Of a stretch of DNA of 46,691 bases, positions 15,859 to 23,208 are shown piece by piece. The translations under genes were made by a program, and so were the position numbers. The stretch lies in IMG/VR virus record IMGVR_UViG_3300045988_173330. One strand, 5' to 3'. A model generated the notes under the pieces. That model did no database searches and had not been told where the DNA came from. It saw nothing but the letters and a program-made list of their open reading frames with translations. Numbering within the stretch: position 1 is the stretch's first letter; each line of letters opens with the position of its first letter. The stretch comes from a virus.

Positions 15859-16476
15859 ATGTTGGTCTGTTGCAGCGAGATTGAGAATAAGATGATGCCG
15901 GCGGATGATGCAGTAAGTCCTATGCAGGGAGACCGATACCCGACAGGCTACATCCGCCGAACGGATGCGGCAGCCTCCGGCCACGACCTGGCTGCGGAGA
16001 AGCTGCTGCATCCGGACGCCATGGGGGTGCTGGTACCCGGCAGGGACAAGCATTTCTACTCTTCAGGGGCGTTCAACCTGATCCAGTTGATTTTCTATAT
16101 TCTCAGACAGACGGGACCGGCACACCTGCTGCTTACCACCTATTCCATCTCCATGGACAGCATTGCGGCGATTCATCGGAAGGTGGAAACGGGCGAGCTG
16201 TTGTCAGTGCGGTTCCTGATAGACAACCGGGTGCGCAGCATATCACCCAAACCGTTCGATTATCTGGTGACCACGTTCCCGGACTGCTACCGTTGCCTCG
16301 CGCTTCATGCGAAGGTGGCGCTGCTGTATAACGAGGACTGGAAGATTACCGTAGTGGGCAGCCAGAACGCCACGCACAACCCGAAGCTGGAACGTGGAAT
16401 CATCCATACCGGCAGAGATATTTTTGATTTTGACTTTAAAATGCTGAATGATGAATTTGACTCAGGAACAACGTGA
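15859..16476 (+). CDS. Single-HKD phospholipase-D-superfamily (Nuc-like) protein
   Basis: 205 aa. LHAKVALLYNEDWKITVVGSQNATHNP fits the HxK...GSxN signature of the PLD/Nuc family. The usual Asp position is Asn. Confidence 0.6.
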   Translation: MLVCCSEIENKMMPADDAVSPMQGDRYPTGYIRRTDAAASGHDLAAEKLLHPDAMGVLVPGRDKHFYSSGAFNLIQLIFYILRQTGPAHLLLTTYSISMDSIAAIHRKVETGELLSVRFLIDNRVRSISPKPFDYLVTTFPDCYRCLALHAKVALLYNEDWKITVVGSQNATHNPKLERGIIHTGRDIFDFDFKMLNDEFDSGTT

Positions 16477-16735
16477 GGAGATAGAGAAGATGGCCTATCG
16501 TTTGATCCCTCCGGGGCTGATAGCCATCAATATAGGTGCCGATGAGACGGACTTTCTCGCGGAACTCCGCACACCGGGCACCGAAGTCCGGACCGCCTTC
16601 TACCGGGGGCATCTTCGCCAGACGGTTGAACTCCGGGAGTCACTCATCAAGTCGGCCGTCAATGGCAGCAACCCGGCACAGCAGGAGCTTATCAAGTTCA
16701 TCAAATCGCAACAGCAGTATCTTGAGTATGAATAA
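16448..16735 (+). CDS. Hypothetical small protein in the packaging module
   Basis: 95-aa ORF overlapping both neighbours. Confidence 0.5.
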   Translation: MMNLTQEQREEIEKMAYRLIPPGLIAINIGADETDFLAELRTPGTEVRTAFYRGHLRQTVELRESLIKSAVNGSNPAQQELIKFIKSQQQYLEYE

Positions 16736-17330
16736 CAACCGTCTGACGGCATCCAAAAGCAAGGCCGCACTGGAGGAGCAATCCTACGACCTTATACAGC
16801 AGCACATCATCGACCCGGAGAACAGTCCGCTGCCGGAGCATCTGCGTGTGCAGTGCAACCGGGTGCTGCAGATAGCACGTCTTTTGGATGACTATCCGAA
16901 CGAGAGCCACATCATCAACATCATGCTGGCAAAATACCGTATCTCGCGTACCCAGATAAGGAAGGACATCGCCCTGGCAAAAGAGCTGTTCAAGACACAG
17001 CACCAGTTCGACTGGGACTTCTGGTATGCCTGGATGATCAAGGACCAGATTCAGCTTATCCGGGATTGCAAGCTCAAAGGTGATCTCAAGCAATGGAACA
17101 ACGCCAAGAAAGTGCTGCATCAGATGATTGGTGAGAAGCCGGCTTCCGTCGAGGACCCGCGACGCATGGAGAAGAACGTATTCTACATCCAGATCAACAG
17201 TATGGGGCAAAAGGTGGATATTCCCCTAAATGCCGTCCGCAACCTTTCCCAGGAAGAGCAGAAGGTTCTGGTGGATTCGATGTACACGCCTATCGACGAC
17301 GCACAAGCTGAAGAAATAATGAACTCATAA
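16728..17330 (+). CDS. Hypothetical protein; small terminase subunit candidate by position only
   Basis: In-frame ATG at 16728 overlaps the upstream stop (ATGAATAA). The earlier part of ORF 16536 overlaps 16448-16735 in another frame. Confidence 0.4.
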   Translation: MNNNRLTASKSKAALEEQSYDLIQQHIIDPENSPLPEHLRVQCNRVLQIARLLDDYPNESHIINIMLAKYRISRTQIRKDIALAKELFKTQHQFDWDFWYAWMIKDQIQLIRDCKLKGDLKQWNNAKKVLHQMIGEKPASVEDPRRMEKNVFYIQINSMGQKVDIPLNAVRNLSQEEQKVLVDSMYTPIDDAQAEEIMNS

Positions 17331-17340
17331 CAGATTACCC

Positions 17341-17553
17341 ATGAAAAAATTGACAAACAAACGACTCATCTCTTACCTGGTTGACCATAAGCACATTGAT
17401 ATGGTATCGGTCAGCAAGACACAGATTGTCTGTACCGTATCCGCCAGGTTCAGGCCGGAAGAGGTGCCGCAGCTGCTGGCTGACACCGGGCAGGACATGC
17501 CCCGCATGACTTCCTCCGAAGGTGTGAACTACATTGTTTTCCCACGATATTGA
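17341..17553 (+). CDS. Hypothetical small protein
   Basis: 70-aa ORF between the TerS candidate and TerL. Confidence 0.45.
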   Translation: MKKLTNKRLISYLVDHKHIDMVSVSKTQIVCTVSARFRPEEVPQLLADTGQDMPRMTSSEGVNYIVFPRY

Positions 17554-17565
17554 TACGGCAGGACA

Positions 17566-19293
17566 ATGGACGAAAATGTCTGGGAAGAGGTCATACAGGT
17601 CAATCCGGCGCAGGCGGCATTTCTCGTGATGCCGTACAAGAACGGATATGTCATCTACTCGCGTGCCACGGGTAAATCATTCATTACCGGTGCCGTGATA
17701 GATGACAACATCCGGCTCATGCCGCGAGGGATTACTACGCTCACCCAGGCCACCATTGGGCAGGCGTTGACTAAAACCCTGCCTTCAGCGTTCAAGATGC
17801 TGGAGATGCTCGGTTATAAGCAGTGGGATCCGGTCAGCAAGACCGGTGACTATGTGGTTTGTCGCAAACCTATTGAGGGATGGTATAAACCTTACGAGCA
17901 CATCATGTCGTTTGAGTATGGTATCAGCTTCAGTAACGGGCATATGCTCTACATACTTACCCAGGGCGGCAACAGCCGCGGTCCGAATGCGGACTACAAC
18001 ATCACCGATGAAGCGCTGACACTCGACAAGGAGAAGTTCGACCAGGAGGCGGCGCCGACCAACCGTGGCAATGAGCATATCTTCGGGCGCAAGTCGGAGC
18101 ATCCGGTGCTGAAGCACCACGGCAACACCTTCCTCTCCTCCATGCCGTACACGCCTGAACAGAAATGGTTGCTTGAACCGGCCAAGTATTATGAAGAAGA
18201 ACGCGGCATCCGGCTGTTTGATGTCTGGAACAGGATTGTGCGGTTACAGATGCAGCTCATTGATGCAAGGATTGCGAATGACGCCGGACTGTTCAAGGAG
18301 ATCTGGAACGAGACCGTCCGTCTCAGGCAAAGTATCACGCCGTTCGTTTCACGTGACGGCACGCTCTTTATCCTTGGCTCCATCTTCGACAACATCGCCA
18401 ATGTGGGCATGAACTATATCCTAAACCAGTACAAGGTGATGGATAAACTTTCCTTCATGATAGAGATCCTAAACTTCATGGTGGATAAGATTGACAGCTG
18501 CTACTACCAGTTGGATGAACGCCATATCTATTACAATGCGACCAATGACGACTATATCCGTGACTTTGCCGAAGATCATAACTACAACTGGCAGCAGCTT
18601 GCCAATAACGATGACAGCCGGCGTGACCTGGACTGCAATCCCAACCAGCCGATAGAGCTGACACCCGACTGGGGTAGTGCCGCTTCATTCCTGGAAGTGG
18701 CGCAGGAGCGCAACTATGACTTCGTGACGAAGATGCTGACACGTGAGCCGGTGGACAACAACATCAACGAGTTCTTCGTCAAGCGTGATGAAGAGGATGA
18801 CACCATGGTGAACGCGCTGATGGACAAGTTCTGCCACTACTACCGTAACCATATCAACAAACACCTGCATTATTACCGTGACCGTTACGGGGATGCACGC
18901 CGTGCCAACAACAAGAAGTCCTACAACGAGCTTGCCATCGAGCGTCTGGAGAAACACGGGTGGACGGTGGAACAACACACCCATGCGGGCATGGAGCCGC
19001 CGCAGCATGACAAGTACCTGCTCTGGGCTTCCATCCTGGCAGAGAAAGACGAACGGTTCCCGAAGAAGCGTTTCAACGGCTCGAAATGCAAATATACACT
19101 CATCTCCATGAACAATACGCGTGTCATCGAGGACCGCGAGGGGCGTTTTGCCAAGGATAAGCGCAGCGAGCGTAACCAGTCCATCCTTCCGGAAGAAGCC
19201 ACCCACTTCGGTGATGCGGTGGATAAGCGTGTATGGACGAAGTACGGGCACCTACTCAGGCAGGCATACGGATTCGTGGACGCACGTATCTGA
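17566..19293 (+). CDS. terL: Terminase large subunit
   Basis: 575 aa. Walker-A-like YSRATGKSF near the N-terminus; size and context are typical of TerL. Confidence 0.8.
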   Translation: MDENVWEEVIQVNPAQAAFLVMPYKNGYVIYSRATGKSFITGAVIDDNIRLMPRGITTLTQATIGQALTKTLPSAFKMLEMLGYKQWDPVSKTGDYVVCRKPIEGWYKPYEHIMSFEYGISFSNGHMLYILTQGGNSRGPNADYNITDEALTLDKEKFDQEAAPTNRGNEHIFGRKSEHPVLKHHGNTFLSSMPYTPEQKWLLEPAKYYEEERGIRLFDVWNRIVRLQMQLIDARIANDAGLFKEIWNETVRLRQSITPFVSRDGTLFILGSIFDNIANVGMNYILNQYKVMDKLSFMIEILNFMVDKIDSCYYQLDERHIYYNATNDDYIRDFAEDHNYNWQQLANNDDSRRDLDCNPNQPIELTPDWGSAASFLEVAQERNYDFVTKMLTREPVDNNINEFFVKRDEEDDTMVNALMDKFCHYYRNHINKHLHYYRDRYGDARRANNKKSYNELAIERLEKHGWTVEQHTHAGMEPPQHDKYLLWASILAEKDERFPKKRFNGSKCKYTLISMNNTRVIEDREGRFAKDKRSERNQSILPEEATHFGDAVDKRVWTKYGHLLRQAYGFVDARI

Positions 19294-20119
19294 TTCACCT
19301 CATACACATACATCCGCAATCACAATCGCAATGCTTATGGCAGGACTCGCAACGTCCGCAATGGGAATCGCTGCACTTTAGGACAGAACGCCGTGTGCAG
19401 GACTGGCCGAGGGGCATCCTCCTTGTCATATTTCCTTGTTTCTTGCGCTTTTGGTTGCGTTTTTGGATAGGGCGCGGTCGGCAGAAACTTCCGTTTCTGT
19501 TTCCATTCGGATGGAAAGCGGGGTATTCTGTATTCATTATCAAAGAAGTATATTTATTATAACATTCATTAACAAAGAGCACGGCGCGCGCAAAATCCGT
19601 ACTGAAGGAACAGGCAGGCAAATCTATTTCCTCCAGTACGGATTTTGCGCGTCTCAGCGGTAAGTAGCGGCAGCTACTTGCGTTTGTCCGCATCCATGCA
19701 GGTAGACCCGGTCTTTTCTGTTTCAATAGCTAAGGTAGAGACCGTAGAGCGGTAAGCGTTCCGCTTGGCGTGCCTCCGTTTCTTTTCCGCAACTCCTTTT
19801 CATTTCCTGCATCTCTGTATGCGGTCAGGTAGTCTTTTGAGTCCGCAAATGTAGGGCACCGGTCTGACAAACAAGGTCGGGCGTTGTCCGCTAAAAAATC
19901 TCCAGCCCTACGGGTAGTATTCAAGCCTTCGGTTTTAGTCGGAACCTTGCGGAATGTCATCCTCGGCACCTCAATTATTGCGGCATCAAAAGGCAACCAT
20001 ACCGCACGTCATACAGACACGCCGGAATAAAAAAAAAGTCGTTCTGGGAAACGGAGAAAATTAAAAAAGGCTCCACCCGACGACTCCAGAAATCCAGAAT
20101 AAATTAAAAACTTACAGTT
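19294..20119. ncRNA. ORF-poor, hairpin-dense region; candidate structured RNA(s) or DNA-level site, strand unresolved
   Basis: About 830 bp with no convincing ORF on either strand. Stable tetraloop hairpins: CAGAAAC-TTCC-GTTTCTG, TTTCCAT-TCGG-ATGGAAA, AAGTAGC-GGCA-GCTACTT, plus the 24-bp-stem hairpin at 19587-19651. A minus-strand TACATTTG box lies at 19846-19853. Confidence 0.3.
19587..19651. repeat. Long hairpin / inverted repeat (24-bp arms, one mismatch, 17-nt loop)
   Basis: CGCGCAAAATCCGTACTGaAGGAA (19587-19610) versus TTCCTcCAGTACGGATTTTGCGCG (19628-19651). No adjacent U-tract on either strand. Confidence 0.8.
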
Positions 20120-20680
20120 ATGGCAGCAAAAAGAAACATCCCCGAAGCATGGAAAAATCAATGGTCTAAATTCATGTTTAACTTCTTTGATTACTTGCCT
20201 ACCAAGTACGAGGCTAACAAACGGGAGTGGTCTATCCGCAGGATGATATGGGATTTTAAGGACGGGAAGCGCAGTGCGTCTGTGGCAGAACTTGTAGCGA
20301 AGAAGATGCGCGAGCAGTTCGGTGCGGAGGTTTGCAACGTGACGTTGGTCTGCATACCAGCCAGTAGCGGAGAGAAGAACGAAATCAGATACAAGGCTTT
20401 TGCCGAAGAGGTGGCACGGCTGACGGGGTGCAGGAATGCGTACAAAGCAATTACCATTGAGGGTGGACGGCTTGCCATCCATGAGACGAAAGCGGCCAAG
20501 ACGGTGCAGACGGTGGAGGTCATCAAGTTTGACAAGCGTTTTTTCAAGGGTAAGAAATGCCTTGTATTCGATGATATACTGACGCAGGGGCATAGTTACG
20601 CACGGTTTGCGTGTGCACTTGAAACGCTTGGGGCAGAGGTTTTGGGAGGCTATTTCTTAGGCAAGACAATTCTTTTATAA
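20120..20680 (+). CDS. ComF/GntX-like type I phosphoribosyltransferase-domain protein
   Basis: 186 aa. PRPP-binding motif KKCLVFDDILTQGHSYARF. Confidence 0.75.
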   Translation: MAAKRNIPEAWKNQWSKFMFNFFDYLPTKYEANKREWSIRRMIWDFKDGKRSASVAELVAKKMREQFGAEVCNVTLVCIPASSGEKNEIRYKAFAEEVARLTGCRNAYKAITIEGGRLAIHETKAAKTVQTVEVIKFDKRFFKGKKCLVFDDILTQGHSYARFACALETLGAEVLGGYFLGKTILL

Positions 20681-20699
20681 CAATTTAATCCATACAATT

Positions 20700-21290
20700 A
20701 TGAATACTCTTTTTGATAACGATTGCCGCTACATGAGCGACAGCGAACTGATTTACGAAATCAGCAACAACAGACAGATTGTTTCGGACATCGAACGCAG
20801 CAACGAAGTGATAGACCTTGAAAAATTGTTTTCCTCTTTGACTCCTGGACGCAGGAGGGTAGCCGTGGCAGCCGTGGAGATGTACAAGAGACAACTGTCG
20901 CAGCAGGTGGAACGTAGGCAAATAAGGATGAGCAAAGACGTATACGAACTGATGGAGCCGTTGATAGGAGATTTGCCGAATGAGGAATTTTGGGTAGTGT
21001 CGATAAACCAAGCCGGACGGATTATCAAGAAAGTACGCATATCGGTAGGCGGTATTGACCAGACTTCAGCGGATATAAGACTGATTATGCGCGTGCTGAT
21101 TGATACGGGGGCGGTGCAGTTCGCAGCGGTGCACAACCATCCGAGTGGCAACAGCCGACCGAGCAATGAGGACAAGAGGCTGACGGAGCAACTTAAAAAG
21201 GCGGCAGGGTTATTCAATATTAGGATGATAGACCATGTGATTATAACGAATGGTGGATATTACAGTTTTGGCGATGAGGGGCTGATTTGA
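20700..21290 (+). CDS. radC: RadC-like JAB/MPN-domain protein
   Basis: 196 aa. JAMM motif AAVHNHPSGNSRPSNEDKRLT. Confidence 0.9.
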   Translation: MNTLFDNDCRYMSDSELIYEISNNRQIVSDIERSNEVIDLEKLFSSLTPGRRRVAVAAVEMYKRQLSQQVERRQIRMSKDVYELMEPLIGDLPNEEFWVVSINQAGRIIKKVRISVGGIDQTSADIRLIMRVLIDTGAVQFAAVHNHPSGNSRPSNEDKRLTEQLKKAAGLFNIRMIDHVIITNGGYYSFGDEGLI

Positions 21291-21310
21291 CGGAGGGGTG
21301 CAGGGCGCAC

Positions 21311-21346
21311 CCATTCCGTTTGCTCGCATGCTCGCAAACGAAATGG
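21311..21346. repeat. 13-bp-arm inverted repeat (one mismatch) downstream of the radC-like gene
   Basis: CCATTCCGTTTGC ... GCAAACGAAATGG with a 10-nt loop containing GCATGC. No U-tract. Confidence 0.5.
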
Positions 21347-21412
21347 GGCCCGAAAAGCGGAATGACTGGTCGTGTTACCGTTCCTTCAACCACGGAGGGG
21401 ATTTTTACTTAT

Positions 21413-21460
21413 GGTAATAAAATAATTACCCTATTCTTTGTGGGTAATAAAATAATTACC
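21413..21460. promoter_or_regulatory. Two identical 18-bp palindromic operator-like sites, GGTAATAAAATAATTACC, 30 bp apart
   Basis: Copies at 21413-21430 and 21443-21460. The arms GGTAAT/ATTACC are inverted. The second copy abuts the -7 box at 21461. Confidence 0.65.
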
Positions 21461-21468
21461 TATCTTTG
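21461..21468 (+). promoter_or_regulatory. -7 promoter box TATCTTTG (TATCTTTGCAG)
   Basis: Exact TAnnTTTG, 27 nt upstream of the ATG at 21495. Confidence 0.55.
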
Positions 21469-21494
21469 CAGAGTAATCAAAAACAGATAACGAT

Positions 21495-21731
21495 ATGCCA
21501 ACAATTTTAATTTTATTCGGTTTGAAGTTTAGAATTTATGTACGTGACCACGAACCGGTGCATGTACATGTACTCAGTCAAGACGGTGAAGCCAAGTTCC
21601 AGGTAGGTGATGAAATCCGGTTGATGGTCAATAAAGGAATGAAGCCCAAAGACATAAAACTGGCTGAGTCTATTATTGAAGAGAACAAAGAGTTGATTAT
21701 TACAGAATGGGTTAAGATATACGGCAAATAA
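21495..21731 (+). CDS. DUF4160-family protein
   Basis: 78 aa. MPTILILFGLKFRIYVRDHEPVHVHV... follows the family pattern (N-terminal MPTI..., HxPxHxH). Confidence 0.8.
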   Translation: MPTILILFGLKFRIYVRDHEPVHVHVLSQDGEAKFQVGDEIRLMVNKGMKPKDIKLAESIIEENKELIITEWVKIYGK

Positions 21732-21764
21732 GCCGTATATCTCTATACATAGAAAGGAGTGATT

Positions 21765-22172
21765 ATGGTAGCGAAAAAAGTTTGGTTCGAAGGTGAACGA
21801 ATCTACATCGAAACTGATGACGGTCGTACGTTGTGGCAGTCAATCTTGTATTATCAAAGATTGAGGAATGCCACCAAAGAGCAGCGCGAGGATTATGAGC
21901 TGGGAGCTTTCGGCATTCACTGGGAAGAGATTGACGAGGATGTTTCTTACGAGAGCTTTGAATATGATGATCCAGAACCGGCAGGTATCTCCCGCTTGTT
22001 CCTTACACACCCGGAGATAAACGCTTCGGCTGTTGCCCGACGGATGGGGATGCAGCAGAGTTTGTTGGCACAGTATATACGGGGAATTAAACGTCCCTCA
22101 AAAGAACGGGAGCAGGCGATATTGAATACGGTGCGTGAAATCGGAAAGGAATTGAGCGGTATTTCAATTTAA
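21765..22172 (+). CDS. DUF2442-family protein fused to a C-terminal XRE-like HTH
   Basis: ATG at 21765 preferred over the GTG at 21759. LRNATKEQREDYELGAFGIHWEEIDEDVSYESF is the DUF2442 pattern. The C-terminal SAVARRMGMQQSLLAQYIRGIKRPS is HTH-like. Confidence 0.75.
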   Translation: MVAKKVWFEGERIYIETDDGRTLWQSILYYQRLRNATKEQREDYELGAFGIHWEEIDEDVSYESFEYDDPEPAGISRLFLTHPEINASAVARRMGMQQSLLAQYIRGIKRPSKEREQAILNTVREIGKELSGISI

Positions 22173-22179
22173 AAAGAGA

Positions 22180-22209
22180 AGCGGAGCAAAAAACTCCGCT
22201 TTTCTTTTG
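22180..22209 (+). terminator. Intrinsic terminator
   Basis: AGCGGAG / CTCCGCT stem, loop CAAAAAA, then TTTCTTTTG. Confidence 0.7.
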
Positions 22210-22228
22210 TTGTTTCAAAAGAAACTCT

Positions 22229-22236
22229 CATCTTTG
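22229..22236 (+). promoter_or_regulatory. Near-consensus -7 box CATCTTTG (CATCTTTGCAG)
   Basis: Shares ATCTTTGCAG with the box at 21461. Transcription would start about at motif copy 1 (22241). Confidence 0.4.
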
Positions 22237-22240
22237 CAGT

Positions 22241-22486
22241 GCTAAACAGTTACGGTCACACCGTATCGCAGAGCGCGGTCAATGCTCAATGAATTTCAGT
22301 GGGCTTTTTTTATGCCCATACATTAACCATTTTACTGACGTCAGTAAAATGATACATACGAAATAGGCGGCTGCCTTTCCCATTACACTTTTGCTCTACG
22401 AGCGGAATCTGTAACTGTTTAGCGACACGGGAAATGGCAGCCGTTCTTCTTTTAAGAAAATTGCCTAAAATGCTAAACAGTTACAG
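22241..22486 (+). promoter_or_regulatory. Leader with three copies of GCTAAACAGTTAC (direct, inverted, direct): candidate alternative-pairing switch
   Basis: Copy 1 at 22241-22253. Copy 2 is inverted, GTAACTGTTTAGC at 22411-22423. Copy 3 at 22472-22484 ends 3 nt before the ATG at 22488. Copies 2 and 3 can form a perfect 15-bp helix (CTGTAACTGTTTAGC / GCTAAACAGTTACAG). Confidence 0.55.
22328..22351. repeat. Perfect 24-bp palindrome CATTTTACTGACGTCAGTAAAATG
   Basis: Self-complementary with no spacer, centred on TGACGTCA, inside the leader. Confidence 0.9.
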
Positions 22487-22487
22487 T

Positions 22488-22763
22488 ATGAAAAATCAAA
22501 CATCCGGTGCGCTTATCGCACCAGAACCCGCAGGGATTCGTGTATCCGAGAACTTGAAAGCTCTGAATGAGCAAGTATCCAACATCCAATGCCGCTACTA
22601 CCGCGTCCTGGCTCCCGATTGCGAAATAAAGACCGAAGCCGATTGCTGGTACTTCCGTGCCATTGTCTGGGCATGTGCCGCGATGGTGTTCCCTCCCCTA
22701 CTGGCGGCAGCCGCGTTGTGTGTTTATAAGGCAAAGAAGTGCCGGAAAGGGGGTGAGGCATGA
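22488..22763 (+). CDS. Small protein with C-terminal transmembrane helix
   Basis: ATG at 22488 preferred, because the upstream ORF extension lies in the repeat leader. The hydrophobic stretch is FRAIVWACAAMVFPPLLAAAALCVY. Confidence 0.5.
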   Translation: MKNQTSGALIAPEPAGIRVSENLKALNEQVSNIQCRYYRVLAPDCEIKTEADCWYFRAIVWACAAMVFPPLLAAAALCVYKAKKCRKGGEA

Positions 22764-22966
22764 GCAAACATAAAAAAATCAGCGAAGATGGCATATTTGT
22801 AACGAGCCAACGCAGTCATTCAGCTACCAACACCGATGAATATAGTTATATGTTGTCGTATGGTGGTAATTATATAGCTTGCGATATGTCTGCCGATGAG
22901 TTACGTGAAATCATTTCCTGCATGCAAAATGCCCTAAAGGCTAATGGGGAAGGAGGTGAGAAATGA
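22760..22966 (+). CDS. Hypothetical small protein
   Basis: 68 aa; ATGA stop/start overlap with the upstream gene. Confidence 0.45.
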   Translation: MSKHKKISEDGIFVTSQRSHSATNTDEYSYMLSYGGNYIACDMSADELREIISCMQNALKANGEGGEK

Positions 22967-23208
22967 ATACCGAAATCAATAACATCGTATTGACCTCCTC
23001 CATCAGCGAAACCATCTCGATTTTACAAAATGGCGTTGCCAGTGCTTGTTGCAATACCATAGATAGAGCTACCGGATTAATCCTGGACTTGAAAGTCGAC
23101 AATGAAGTTAGTGCTGATGACATTATATCCGTAATAAGTGATTTACGCATTGTGTCATCCATGATAAGAAGCTTGACTCCGGAAGAAGAGAAAGGAGGCG
23201 CACAATGA
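22963..23208 (+). CDS. Hypothetical small protein
   Basis: 81 aa; ATGA overlap coupling. Confidence 0.45.
   Translation: MNTEINNIVLTSSISETISILQNGVASACCNTIDRATGLILDLKVDNEVSADDIISVISDLRIVSSMIRSLTPEEEKGGAQ

Noticed and set aside
19341-19391. 16-codon hydrophobic mini-ORF (MLMAGLATSAMGIAAL) just after the terminase gene.
   Set aside because: Too short, with no promoter or coupling signal I could support. It is only a possible micropeptide.
19295-19996. Minus-strand ORFs 19295-19726 and 19730-19996, and small + ORFs in the terminase-PRTase gap.
   Set aside because: Implausible composition (Cys/Arg/His strings such as CHKHCDCDCGCMCMR), no motifs, and they are traversed by multiple stable hairpins. 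I treated the region as non-coding.
20009-20593. 194-aa minus-strand ORF opposite the PRTase gene.
   Set aside because: The + strand frame carries a clear PRPP-binding motif. The minus frame has none.
21287-21490. 67-aa + ORF between the radC-like and DUF4160 genes.
   Set aside because: It spans an inverted repeat, both 18-bp operators and the -7 box, so it is more parsimoniously regulatory DNA.
22434-22487. Upstream extension of the 22488 ORF; also the 35509-35598 extension of the 35599 ORF, and the TTG/GTG track starts at 36116, 24651, 21759 and 42388.
   Set aside because: The extensions run through leader repeats or a terminator, and nearby in-frame ATG codons fit operon coupling better. 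This remains uncertain without ribosome-profiling or N-terminal data.
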